Positions 6,950-16,193 of a DNA stretch of 64,000 nucleotides are shown one piece after another (the stretch's first letter is position 1; every line of letters begins with the position of its first letter). Below the pieces are notes generated by a model. That model did not search any database. It saw nothing but the letters and a program-made list of their open reading frames with translations, and was not told the origin of the DNA. The translations under genes were made by a program, and so were the position numbers. Where the stretch lies: contig MHMW01000028.1 of assembly GCA_001819495.1 (NCBI GenBank), positions 5,398 through 69,397 of the forward strand, written 5' to 3'. The DNA is from Candidatus Portnoybacteria bacterium RBG_19FT_COMBO_36_7. Its GTDB lineage: Bacteria; Patescibacteriota; Minisyncoccia; Portnoybacterales; GWB1-42-6.

Positions 6950-8050
6950 TCACACAGTCGACAACGAATGGTCTAATTCCATAATCGCAGACTTCATGTG
7001 TCTAAGTATCTTCTTTGTAGCTGAACAAAAATAGTTGAGAGATGATAATAATTGGCCATTGATATACCGATAATAGGTACAACCTCCATTGCAGATATTA
7101 GCCCATTCACAACTTAAACATTCCTTCTTCGATGCTTGAATCTCGCCCTTAAGACTCTTCCACTTTTTTGAACACAACAAGCTTTTCAGAGTTTTCTCCA
7201 TTATATTGCCGATTCTGAACTTATCAATGCCTACAAATCTGCCGCATAAATATAGGTCACCGTTGTAATCAAGCGCAAGATAAGCAGCGCACTCATTGGC
7301 GCAATGACAAATAGTCGGTCGCCCTCCGATCAGCCCTTGAAAATAACTTTCTAACGGCTGAATTTTAATATCTGGGTCGTCCTTTGCCATCCAGCAGTCG
7401 AAAATTCTGATCATGAAACTCGCATATCCAAGGGGGGTGATAGAAAAACTGGCCATCTTTCCATTCTCTTTCTCGGCACACACCGATAAATTGAGCCTGC
7501 CGAGACCGGAACTAACAAAAAAATCCCATATAGCATCTACGTTTTTTGCCGCATTTTTTGTGATAACAGAAATGATACCCGGATTAAAACCATTAACCTT
7601 CAGTACCTCGATTCCTTTCATTACTCTTTCAAATGACCCACTACCATTGAATATTTTTCGAAATTGATCATGAATCTTTTTGGGTCCATCTAAGCTTACT
7701 CCGATTTTAAATGCATTCTTTTTGAAAAATGCTGCCCATTCTTGATCAATTAAAGTACCGTTTGTCTGGACACTATTTAGATATTGTTTGCCTTTCAGGT
7801 ATCTGGCTTGGAAACCAACTGCTGCTTCGTAAAAATTTATTCCGGCAATCAACGGTTCGCCCCCGTGCCAGACGAAAGAAAAACTGTTTTCGTCAAGCTC
7901 TGATAACTGACAAATAAAAGTCTCGAGAAGACGTATATCCATCTTCAGCTTTTTTTCTTCTTTCGTTTTCGACCACAGATTGCTATTGTAACAATAATCA
8001 CATCTTAAATTACACAAAACAGAAACTGGTTTCATGATAAAGGTCAGCAT
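6950..8050 (-). CDS. Radical SAM/SPASM enzyme of the anSME (anaerobic sulfatase-maturating enzyme) family. I think it more likely a peptide-modifying maturase here.
   Basis: KPVSVLCNLRCDYC (CX3CX2C), FVWHGGEPLIAG, SVQTNGTLIDQEW...GVSLDGPKKIHDQFRK, and SPASM cysteines CHCANEC...CGRF...CLSCEWANICNGGC. Collinear, by recollection, with Clostridium anSME, which carries these same four motif blocks. AGGAGGA lies upstream of the ATG. Confidence 0.8.
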   Translation of the reverse strand: MLTFIMKPVSVLCNLRCDYCYNSNLWSKTKEEKKLKMDIRLLETFICQLSELDENSFSFVWHGGEPLIAGINFYEAAVGFQARYLKGKQYLNSVQTNGTLIDQEWAAFFKKNAFKIGVSLDGPKKIHDQFRKIFNGSGSFERVMKGIEVLKVNGFNPGIISVITKNAAKNVDAIWDFFVSSGLGRLNLSVCAEKENGKMASFSITPLGYASFMIRIFDCWMAKDDPDIKIQPLESYFQGLIGGRPTICHCANECAAYLALDYNGDLYLCGRFVGIDKFRIGNIMEKTLKSLLCSKKWKSLKGEIQASKKECLSCEWANICNGGCTYYRYINGQLLSSLNYFCSATKKILRHMKSAIMELDHSLSTV

Positions 8051-8113
8051 ATATCCTCCTTTTATGCCTGAAAAAATAGGGGAGGCAAAAATTTTTGTCT
8101 CCCCACCGCCCGA

Positions 8114-8266
8114 CTAATCGGATCTGTCACCATATTGAGAATCACCATACCCATCTCCGTAGGGACTAGCGCTATGGCACTTGTAAGTCCGATCAGGCGA
8201 CTGCTTCCGCATTGCCATCATTCGTGCCAAAATACGGACACCTTTTTTCTTTTTAGGCGCTTTCAC
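8114..8266 (-). CDS. Candidate RiPP precursor peptide (50 aa; GTG start). Sequence: VKAPKKKKGVRILARMMAMRKQSPDRTYKCHSASPYGDGYGDSQYGDRSD.
   Basis: Hand-translated minus-strand ORF. AAGGAGG lies 8 nt upstream of the GTG. A consensus promoter sits directly upstream and the radical SAM gene 63 nt downstream on the same strand. It has a Lys-rich leader-like N-terminus and a YGD-repeat C-terminus with a single Cys. Confidence 0.5.
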   Translation of the reverse strand: MKAPKKKKGVRILARMMAMRKQSPDRTYKCHSASPYGDGYGDSQYGDRSD

Positions 8267-8293
8267 GGCCAACACCTCCTTTCTATTTGGAAT

Positions 8294-8338
8294 GAACTAC
8301 GATATTTTATAATAATAGACAAAAAGCGACTTGTCAAT
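8294..8338 (-). promoter_or_regulatory. Near-consensus sigma70 promoter (TTGACA, 17-nt spacer, TATTAT) driving the peptide, radical SAM and (likely) transglutaminase-like genes.
   Basis: The minus strand reads cat-TTGACA-agtcgctttttgtctat-TATTAT-aaaatatc. Confidence 0.6.
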
Positions 8339-8439
8339 GTTTTGCTAAGGGTACCTAAAGTGCTATAATGTAACTAAATCTTCGTAAGCTAAGATTTAAA
8401 TAATCCTAATTGGAAAGAATAATTTAAGGTTTATTTAAA

Positions 8440-8717
8440 ATGGACTTTGCTTTTTTAATTCATTCAAGGGATTATACTGATGTTCAGCGAAAATTTAAAG
8501 TTGCAAAATATCTCCCTAAATCCTGGGTGGAATTTTGGTGTCTGCATTGGCCGCCAGCCGCGAACTGAAAATGGTCGAACTTAAAAAGAAGATAAAAGAG
8601 ATGGAGGGAAAACGGGAAAAGATTAGTTCATATGAAACTAGACCAAATAATAAATTTAATATTAGATTATATATCCATGAAATGGTTAATGTTATATATA
8701 TTTTGATGTATGAATAA
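8440..8717 (+). pseudogene. 'Mini-gene' repeat copy. It reads MDFAFLIHSRDYTDVQRKFKVAKYLPKSWVEFWCLHWPPAAN*, then, in the +1 frame, ...SRELKMVELKKKIKEMEGKREK... (ORF track 8535-8717). It looks like an internally deleted relic of a sensor gene.
   Basis: Its 5' end is identical to the sequence preceding gene 20447. Its 3' tail is homologous at DNA and protein level to the C-terminus of 20447-21598 and of 2184-2810. Confidence 0.45.
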
Positions 8718-10257
8718 TATTTTAATATTTGGAGATAGTATAACCGCTGGGAGGGGAGTTAAAAAAGTTAAAAATTGGACATCAAAATTGTCTTCAGTTT
8801 TCGATGCAAAAAATACATATGAAACTATTATTTATAATCTAGCTATCCCGGGAGAGACTTCAAAAGATCTAATTCAACGTATTAATTTTGAATGCCAGAC
8901 GAGAACAAAAAAACTCACCAATAACGATGCAATTTCTATTGTTATCGCTATAGGAATCAACGATTCTAGAAACATTGGGACCCATGATGAACTAAATACA
9001 CCATTGGATGTTTTTCGCCAAAATATTGAGACATTAATAGATATTGCGCATAAATTCACCAATGACTTAATTTTTATCGGCCCAACGCCCGTTATTGAAA
9101 ACAAAATGTCATTAGGCGAACATCTTTATTTTTTAAATAAAAACATAGCTGAATATAATAAGAATATTAAAGAAATCTGCAATACGAGAAGGGTTAATTT
9201 CATAGATATTACAGATGGCTGGCTAAATTTTGATTATGAAAAATTATTAGCCGAAGATGGCATACATTTGAATGAACTCGGACATGAAAAAATCTTTGAA
9301 AAAATTTTGCCTTTTATAGATAAAAATTTTAGTTCTTTTGATTCATTTCAAATACTAAAACAAGAATTATCACTTTCAGATAACGATATAAAAATTTTAC
9401 AATCAAAATTTTCAGATAAAAGATTCTGCATTAACTCATTATTGCTTGGCCAGTCTTTTGATGAAATACCGGAAATTATTTTTGCAGGAATATGCCTAAG
9501 AAAAGACATTGATGAGATATGCCTGAGTACTGTCTATCAAATTTTAATGCCTATAAAAATAGCTTCTTACCTCAAAATTCCTGCTGTAATCATCTTACCC
9601 ATTAAAGAAGAATCTTTTCTACAAACAAAATTTGCTTCGGAATATACTGCATTGGGTGAAAAGCTTGAAAAAGGCATCAAAAATATTGCAAAAGATCTTG
9701 GCAATATAAAAGTTCAAGTAATAAATACAAGTACAATGGAAGGCAACGATAAAATAAAAAAAACCTTAGAAAAATTAAGGATAGTCCTTCCAGAAATAGA
9801 ATCGCGATATTTATTCACTATTTCTGAGATTAAACCAAGCAAGATAGTCCACTTTAGAAAAAGGATTTTGGCAGACAAAAGATCTATTGCTGGACATAGT
9901 TTTTATTTTATGAATCAGATTTCTGGCCTAAATAAGTTCCTCCTTGTTGAAGATATAAATCAAAGCAATTGTCCAATATATGCTAGAAGATTTGAACAAT
10001 CTAAACATGTTAATTTTTTGGCTCTTTTATCGCTTCCAAATATGTCTGGGAATAAACCGATGTTTAATTCAGAAAAGGACGAAAGATTATTATTGGGGAT
10101 GGATGAAAATTATTATCGAAATGCCTGGAATAAATCTTCTGAGTCAGTAAGAAATCTGTATTTAGAAACTTTAAAATTATTAGATAGTCATGAAACCAAA
10201 ATATATAATTTTGAATATTTTTTAAAAAACATGAAAAAAGTCTCTAATTATTTTTAA
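8710..10257 (+). CDS. SGNH/GDSL-family hydrolase (N-terminal domain) with a ~300-aa C-terminal extension of unknown function.
   Basis: N-terminal FGDSITAG (catalytic Ser block) and C-terminal-of-domain DGIHLNELGH (Asp/His). Confidence 0.65.
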   Translation: MNNILIFGDSITAGRGVKKVKNWTSKLSSVFDAKNTYETIIYNLAIPGETSKDLIQRINFECQTRTKKLTNNDAISIVIAIGINDSRNIGTHDELNTPLDVFRQNIETLIDIAHKFTNDLIFIGPTPVIENKMSLGEHLYFLNKNIAEYNKNIKEICNTRRVNFIDITDGWLNFDYEKLLAEDGIHLNELGHEKIFEKILPFIDKNFSSFDSFQILKQELSLSDNDIKILQSKFSDKRFCINSLLLGQSFDEIPEIIFAGICLRKDIDEICLSTVYQILMPIKIASYLKIPAVIILPIKEESFLQTKFASEYTALGEKLEKGIKNIAKDLGNIKVQVINTSTMEGNDKIKKTLEKLRIVLPEIESRYLFTISEIKPSKIVHFRKRILADKRSIAGHSFYFMNQISGLNKFLLVEDINQSNCPIYARRFEQSKHVNFLALLSLPNMSGNKPMFNSEKDERLLLGMDENYYRNAWNKSSESVRNLYLETLKLLDSHETKIYNFEYFLKNMKKVSNYF

Positions 10258-10292
10258 ATGTCCTAAAAATTCTACAGAAGCAAAAAATAAAT

Positions 10293-10327
10293 AAGCTCGC
10301 TGAGATTATATTATCAGCGAGCTTATT
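10293..10327. terminator. Bidirectional terminator (perfect 11-bp stem).
   Basis: AAGCTCGCTGA-gattatattat-TCAGCGAGCTT. Confidence 0.7.
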
Positions 10328-10340
10328 AAATTTATTTCGA

Positions 10341-12107
10341 CTAAATGCCGAATTCTTTATTTATTACATCTGTAATACCTTCCATGTCAAATTTGAAATA
10401 TTCAATTAGCTCGTGAAGTCTGCCTGTCGTACCGCATGAAAAACCATGCCCCTTAATGCACGACGGCTTAGCTTCCGAATATTCCATAACTGCTTTGGCT
10501 ACGGCTGATTGAAGCACAAATGGATTACCATTGTAGACAGTCAATACAGGCACATCAGACTCCAACATTTTTACAAAGGTGCTATCAAGTTCTTTCATGT
10601 TAATTACATTCACTACTTTTATTCCAACACCACGTTCATCATGTTTCATTGCCGCTTTAATAACACCTTCGATAGGTAATCCCGAGGATACAATTACAAG
10701 CTTTGTATTGTGTATTGGCCAATAAACAACGTAGGCAATAATGTTCCGCTCTAAAGAATCTACCACAAAAGGGGTTACCTTACTGCTATGCAAACGTAGA
10801 TATATTGGACCAGGATAAACCGTAAACGACCAATCGAGACAATTCTTTAAATCAATTGAATCGGCTGGTTCCAATAGAATCGCGCCGGGCATATTGAGTA
10901 ATGCGCCTGACTGGCCTGTCGTTTGATGAGTGGCTCCATTATGCACTTCGCAAATCCCGCTATCAGATCCCATAATTACCATCTTCGAATTAGCCTGGCA
11001 TACAGCATGTATCTGGTCAACCGCCCTGAAAAGGAATGGATCCCCACCAGCTATGAAAATTCTTGAATTTTGGTCAGTGACAGATATACCATGCGCCATG
11101 GCAATGAGATGCTGTTCTCGAATCCCGACATCAATAAAACGAACGTGCGGCTGATTAAATCCACACTGGTCAGATAGCTCCTTAACGGTCACATCCGCCG
11201 TTAATACATAAAACCTTATCCCGGGATGATTTTGAAATAAATCTGTTAACTGACGAAGATAATGGACTAACCCCACTTCAAAATCATCAGTGATTTCGGG
11301 GACAAGCTGCACTTTTAGATTACTAGATGAAGAAATATTCTTACGAGATATACATACCGGCAGAAATACATTTTTCAATCTTTCCGAAATTACCGATTCA
11401 AGCATATCCGATCCCACTCTATCAATATATCTTTTTTCTTTGTCAATGGCATCAATGACGTAGTTTTTTGGGCAAACACTTATAGTGTGATATCCGCTTA
11501 AATGAGCCTGGGCATTTTCCAATTCCTTGCCTTTTATTGTATTGGCAATAAAAATTGTCGGCTTTCTCTCTTCGCGGCTTGATTGCAAAGCCATCATTAT
11601 TCCCTCAATAGAATGCCCATCCCGAATTTCTTTCACCGACCAACCATATCCTCTCCATATAGTTAATTGGTCCGACTCACTATCTACTGCGATTGTCGGC
11701 TGCGCGAGTTGTTTGTGATTTCGGTCCATAATACATGCAAGACTGGAAAGATGCGCATGACTAGCATATCTCGCTGCCTCACTAACATTTCCTTCCTGTT
11801 CTTCACCATCCCCAAGAAAAACCCAGGTCGTAGCTGGTATTTTCTGTTCCTTCAATGCAATGGCTGATCCGATACCATATGAAAGAACCATGCCCAGCAT
11901 TCCACTTGGAGTAATATCAACCCCTGGCAAATGCTCCATCGATTCATGCCCTTGTAGTCTAGAGCCAAGAGTTAAATACGAAGCAAGTTCTTCTTGCTTT
12001 ATCCATCCAAGAAGAGAAAATATACTGTAACGCAGGGGACCAAGATGGCCTCTTACTAGCACCCTATCACGACCTTCATGCCGCGGATTATTCGGATCGA
12101 ACTTCAA
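10341..12107 (-). CDS. tkt: Transketolase (TPP-dependent). It starts about 50 aa short relative to typical TktA, so the N-terminus may use an alternative start.
   Basis: NPRHEGRDRVLVRGHLGPL (matches NP.W..RDRFVLS.GH), GDGEEQEG TPP-binding motif, pyrimidine-binding and C-terminal domains. Confidence 0.75.
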   Translation of the reverse strand: MKFDPNNPRHEGRDRVLVRGHLGPLRYSIFSLLGWIKQEELASYLTLGSRLQGHESMEHLPGVDITPSGMLGMVLSYGIGSAIALKEQKIPATTWVFLGDGEEQEGNVSEAARYASHAHLSSLACIMDRNHKQLAQPTIAVDSESDQLTIWRGYGWSVKEIRDGHSIEGIMMALQSSREERKPTIFIANTIKGKELENAQAHLSGYHTISVCPKNYVIDAIDKEKRYIDRVGSDMLESVISERLKNVFLPVCISRKNISSSSNLKVQLVPEITDDFEVGLVHYLRQLTDLFQNHPGIRFYVLTADVTVKELSDQCGFNQPHVRFIDVGIREQHLIAMAHGISVTDQNSRIFIAGGDPFLFRAVDQIHAVCQANSKMVIMGSDSGICEVHNGATHQTTGQSGALLNMPGAILLEPADSIDLKNCLDWSFTVYPGPIYLRLHSSKVTPFVVDSLERNIIAYVVYWPIHNTKLVIVSSGLPIEGVIKAAMKHDERGVGIKVVNVINMKELDSTFVKMLESDVPVLTVYNGNPFVLQSAVAKAVMEYSEAKPSCIKGHGFSCGTTGRLHELIEYFKFDMEGITDVINKEFGI

Positions 12108-12270
12108 AATTCCTCATTGGGTAAAAGAAAGAATCGTAGATCTGACACTCTTAAAAATCAAACACGGAAAATCCCCAATGCAATCTTTACCTATTGATAC
12201 AAAGAAAATCGATAAAGATTTTAATAGCCTATTCCCTGATATGGAAAAAATAATAAAAAATATCAAATAA

Positions 12271-12711
12271 ATGGGCAAAGATCAAAACTGCGTTTTTTGT
12301 GAAGCTAAAAACAAAAAACTACAAAAGATTGCCGAAATTGGGACAATTGAGATTTGGTATCCAAACTCTCCCGTTATAATGGAGCATGTTATTTTAATTC
12401 CTTCCCGCCACGTAGAAAAAATTGAAGAATTATCAGATCAAGAAGCAAAGGATCTAATCGTTGCTGTCAGAAAAATTGTAAATAGCTTCAAAAAACTATA
12501 CAATACCGATGGTTTTAATCTTTTTACAAATGAAGGACAAAGCGCCGGCCAGCATATTAGACACATCCATTTCCACTATTTTGGCCGTTCCAAAAATGAA
12601 AAAATCAGCCCGCTTGAAATATTAAATAATCAAAAATCATATAAAAGAGAAAAATTGTCTGATAAGCAAATTAAGCAACTGATCAATAAGATCAAAAGAG
12701 CAATATTATGA
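12271..12711 (+). CDS. HIT-family hydrolase.
   Basis: Histidine triad HIRHIHFHYFG. Confidence 0.75.
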   Translation: MGKDQNCVFCEAKNKKLQKIAEIGTIEIWYPNSPVIMEHVILIPSRHVEKIEELSDQEAKDLIVAVRKIVNSFKKLYNTDGFNLFTNEGQSAGQHIRHIHFHYFGRSKNEKISPLEILNNQKSYKREKLSDKQIKQLINKIKRAIL

Positions 12712-13565
12712 AAGCAAAATCTTTATATCAAAAATTAAATAAAGATTTTGAGCTGAATAAATGTAAAGATGATTGGAGTGAAATAGAAACGAATGACCTG
12801 ATCGCTAAAGATTTTAATAAAAGGTACATGGGTTTATTTTTAGACAGCGCATCGGAAATAAAAGGATGCTTTACAGCTGTGTTTCCAAGTGAATTAATTT
12901 TAAAAAAGGTGCTAACTTCAGGCAAAAAAGACATACTTCTGTTTCTGCACCACCCCATGATCTGGAATTTAGGTTTTAAGGGTTACCCCTTTAAAAGCAT
13001 TCAAAGGGAAACGCTTTTAAAACTGAAACAAAACAGAATTTCTGTTTATGTTCTCCATGTGCCTCTAGATAAAAACGGTCAATATTCAACAACAGTTTCA
13101 CTGGCCAAGGCCCTTGAAATTAAGCCTAAAAGTTATTTTTGCAAATATTTCGGGGTCAAGGTGGGCGTTATCGGAAAAACAAACTGCAAAACAGTTGACG
13201 AAATGGCTCAAAAAATAGAAACGGCTGTCGGCCATAAATTGAAAATTTGGAGCTACGGCTCATCTAAAATAAAAAATGGTATAGTTGCTTTAATTGCTGG
13301 CGGTGGCAATGACCCGGATGCCATTAAGGAAATTGCTGGTTTTGGAATTAATTTATTTATCACTGGAGTCACAAAACCAAACAAAAATTTTCAGCCCTCA
13401 ATAGACGCACATAATGTAGCAAAAAAGAACAAAATAAATATAATAGGTGCCACTCACTATTCAACTGAAAAGTTTGCCTGCTTGGCGATGAATAATTATT
13501 TTAAAAAAATCGGTCTTCCTGGCCAATTTCTTGATGATCGGCCGGATCTAAAAGATTTGCAATAA
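12708..13565 (+). CDS. Nif3/YqfO-like dinuclear metal-centre protein (COG0327).
   Basis: LFLHHP and GATHYSTE motifs typical of NIF3. Confidence 0.5.
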   Translation: MKAKSLYQKLNKDFELNKCKDDWSEIETNDLIAKDFNKRYMGLFLDSASEIKGCFTAVFPSELILKKVLTSGKKDILLFLHHPMIWNLGFKGYPFKSIQRETLLKLKQNRISVYVLHVPLDKNGQYSTTVSLAKALEIKPKSYFCKYFGVKVGVIGKTNCKTVDEMAQKIETAVGHKLKIWSYGSSKIKNGIVALIAGGGNDPDAIKEIAGFGINLFITGVTKPNKNFQPSIDAHNVAKKNKINIIGATHYSTEKFACLAMNNYFKKIGLPGQFLDDRPDLKDLQ

Positions 13566-13569
13566 ATCT

Positions 13570-13995
13570 ATGACAAATATAGCATCCGTCGTTCGCGGAA
13601 TTATCTTAAAAGAAGATAAAATCCTATTATGTAAATTAAAGGGGGCTGATTACTATTTTTTCCCGGGCGGCCGGATTGAGTTTGGCGAAACGGCACAACA
13701 AGCATTGGAACGCGAGCTGAAAGAAGAATTGGAACTGTCTGCCGAAAAATTTGAATATATAGGCACAATAGAAAACTTCTTTTCGGAAAAAGGTAATAAA
13801 TATCACGAAATCAATCTTGTATTTCACGTTGAAGCCGAAAATGCCACAGACAAAACTCCAGAAGACCATTTAGAGTTTTTCTGGAAAGACATAAATAAGC
13901 TCGTAGGGGAAAATATCGAGCCAACTGCCTTAAAAAACACCTTCCTCAAATGGCTCAAAGATAAAAAATTATTCTGGGGAAGTGAAAAAGAATAA
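13570..13995 (+). CDS. NUDIX hydrolase.
   Basis: Nudix box GGRIEFGETAQQALERELKEELEL. Confidence 0.8.
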   Translation: MTNIASVVRGIILKEDKILLCKLKGADYYFFPGGRIEFGETAQQALERELKEELELSAEKFEYIGTIENFFSEKGNKYHEINLVFHVEAENATDKTPEDHLEFFWKDINKLVGENIEPTALKNTFLKWLKDKKLFWGSEKE

Positions 13996-14004
13996 AATAC
14001 TATT

Positions 14005-14235
14005 ATGGATAAATGTATATTTTGTAAGATCATAAATAAAAAAGTTCCAGCTAAAATAGTTTACGAGGACAATAAAGTGATCTGTTTTTTACCTAAAAAG
14101 ATGGAAGTTTACGGGCATACTTTAATTGTGCCCAAAAAGCACTACGCAGACATATATGATATTCCAGAAGAAAAATTTAGCTATATCATCAAGACCGCGA
14201 AAAAATTGGCTGTAAATCCGGATGTGCAAACATAA
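14005..14235 (+). pseudogene. Truncated HIT-family gene: N-terminal 76 aa only, lacking the HxHxH triad.
   Basis: CIFCKII...VYED...GHTLIVPKKH is the HIT N-terminal half. The ORF ends before the catalytic triad and about 210 bp of AT-rich non-coding DNA follows. Confidence 0.5.
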
Positions 14236-14309
14236 TTATCACCCCTTTCTTTAATAGATTTCATCTTATATTATCATACATTAGATTTAATAACAATATA
14301 TGGCAAAAC

Positions 14310-14338
14310 TTGACACATAATCATTTTTAGGCTATATT
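14310..14338 (+). promoter_or_regulatory. Sigma70-like promoter (TTGACA, 17-nt spacer, TATATT) for gene 14448.
   Basis: cTTGACAcataatcatttttaggcTATATT. Confidence 0.5.
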
Positions 14339-14447
14339 TTACTATACTTAAATCTAATAAATAATACTTCAAATTGCATCTAGTAGACGGAATATTCAAT
14401 ATAGTTCTTAATAGTAGGTTAAAAATAAATAAAGAAAGGAGAAGTCG

Positions 14448-14855
14448 ATGACAGTATTCGTAGGGAGAGAAAAATGGGAAGAGGCCGGGCATAGAGTTGT
14501 AGAAAAAGCAGAAAGCATGATACAAAATGATTTCGGGGACAGACTAATGATATGGTCAATAATGGGAGAAATTTTTTCAAAGAAAAAAGTTCAAAAAGAA
14601 TATTTTCAAGAATTGTGCTCATCAACGCTTAATAACGTACAAAACACATTAGATCTCTTTAATGCTGAGATCAAAGAATGTTTGACTTCCGGAAGGAAAC
14701 CAGCAATGACAAAAAAACAATTCAATGCTATTATGAAAGAAACTCCGCAAATTACCATCAGAGATCATCGAATAATTAATCCGGACAATCCGCAAAGAAG
14801 ACAAGAAATTAGAAAAGTTTTGCTAGAAGCTTGGACCAGTGAAAAAGATCATTAA
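14448..14855 (+). CDS. Hypothetical protein.
   Basis: 135-aa ORF with AAAGGAGAAG RBS. A strong terminator (ATATGGAGGC...GCCTCCATAT plus T-run) follows at 14883-14924. Confidence 0.5.
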   Translation: MTVFVGREKWEEAGHRVVEKAESMIQNDFGDRLMIWSIMGEIFSKKKVQKEYFQELCSSTLNNVQNTLDLFNAEIKECLTSGRKPAMTKKQFNAIMKETPQITIRDHRIINPDNPQRRQEIRKVLLEAWTSEKDH

Positions 14856-15052
14856 GATCCGTGGGAAAATCAATATGGAGGCTAATTTATAAAATACTGC
14901 CTCCATATTTTTTTATGTAATCATCTTTTTTAAAAAAATTATTAAATTCCAGCCCAGAACGGGCTTTTTATTTTAGATATTAATCAAATTGTATAATTAC
15001 CAAATAATCTTGACTTATTTTATTATTAGTGTTACTATTTTAAAATAAGCTT

Positions 15053-16177
15053 ATGTTACCTGATTATATAAAAAAGAACATAATTCATGATGACAAAGTA
15101 TTCGCTTCTTTTAAAAACAGAGGGTCTTTTAATATACCATCATATAATCCAAAAGAACATTACAAGCATTTAACGAATAGCAAATATTATTATGCTCTTA
15201 TCGCGTTTAGACATCATTTGAAATCAGTTTCAGATTATTATTTCGGCATAAAGCAAAGGGCAAAGAATATTGACCTTTTTATGCTAACTCCGAGTATATC
15301 TTCTCCGATGGGCCCTGGATCTAGCTCAGAACCAATCAAAATACAATTAGGCAAGATAAAAACTTGTCTTGTAGATTCGTCACAATTCGGCCTCGAACCA
15401 CTCCTCTTAAATAAATCTAATAAAGTATATTGCTATCTACCTTCCATGCGGGGGGAGGACTGTGACCATCGACATCTTAATCAATTCTATCACTGCGAGT
15501 TTGAAATGATTGGTAAATTCGATGAATTGGTGCCTATTATTGAAGACTACATAAAACACCTGTCTGCCGCTATTTTGCTGATGCGAAATATTGTAGATAA
15601 AATCAGCGGCGACCCAACAAAAACAAAGGCAATGATGATAAAAATAATAAAAACAGATAGATTTCCTGAAATTTCGTTTGATGAAGCGACGAACATCCTC
15701 ATAAAAAATAAAGGGGAAAATTATGTAAATATCACGCGTCACGGAAAAGATATCAGCTGTCAAGGAGAAATAGAAATCATGAAAGCTTTAAAAGTTGATA
15801 CGCCTTTATGGATTAGATATTTTGACCGAGACAGGGTTCCTTTTTATCAAAAACCAGATCCTAAAAGCCCCAACAAAACCATAAATGCCGACCTGCTTTT
15901 CCCTCCAATTGTAAAAAATTCTTTTGGCGGTGAAATTGTCGGCTCGGGGCAAAGACAGGATTCTCCTAGAGAAATACATGAATCGTTAAAGAGACAAAAT
16001 AATATCTCCCCAAAACCTTACGAGTGGTATATCAATTTACGGAAATTGCCAGGATATAAAACAACATCGGGATTTGGGCTGGGAATAGAAAGATTTATTG
16101 CTTGGGCCCTAGCCAAGCAAAACATCAGAGATGTTATTTTGTATCCCCGAATTAAAAATGTTGAAACTTATCCTTAA
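15053..16177 (+). CDS. Class IIb aminoacyl-tRNA-synthetase catalytic-core paralog lacking an anticodon-binding domain (AsnA/AS-AR-like or EpmA/PoxA-like amino-acid ligase).
   Basis: Motif 2-like MRGEDCDHRHLNQFYHCEFEM (compare FRxE....RHLxEF..E.E) and motif 3-like GFGLGIERFIAWALAKQNIRDVILYPR. Confidence 0.55.
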   Translation: MLPDYIKKNIIHDDKVFASFKNRGSFNIPSYNPKEHYKHLTNSKYYYALIAFRHHLKSVSDYYFGIKQRAKNIDLFMLTPSISSPMGPGSSSEPIKIQLGKIKTCLVDSSQFGLEPLLLNKSNKVYCYLPSMRGEDCDHRHLNQFYHCEFEMIGKFDELVPIIEDYIKHLSAAILLMRNIVDKISGDPTKTKAMMIKIIKTDRFPEISFDEATNILIKNKGENYVNITRHGKDISCQGEIEIMKALKVDTPLWIRYFDRDRVPFYQKPDPKSPNKTINADLLFPPIVKNSFGGEIVGSGQRQDSPREIHESLKRQNNISPKPYEWYINLRKLPGYKTTSGFGLGIERFIAWALAKQNIRDVILYPRIKNVETYP

Positions 16178-16193
16178 TCATCAACTAAAACAT

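Noticed and set aside
8135-8368. 77-aa plus-strand ORF (MRITIPISVGTS...).
   Set aside because: It has a TTG start, no RBS and no promoter. It is the antisense shadow of the minus-strand peptide gene, which has a consensus promoter and a strong SD.
10341-12107. Transketolase as a split or truncated pseudogene.
   Set aside because: Only about 50 N-terminal residues are missing relative to TktA, and all catalytic motifs are present and in frame. An unannotated alternative start or a genuinely short N-terminus is more parsimonious.
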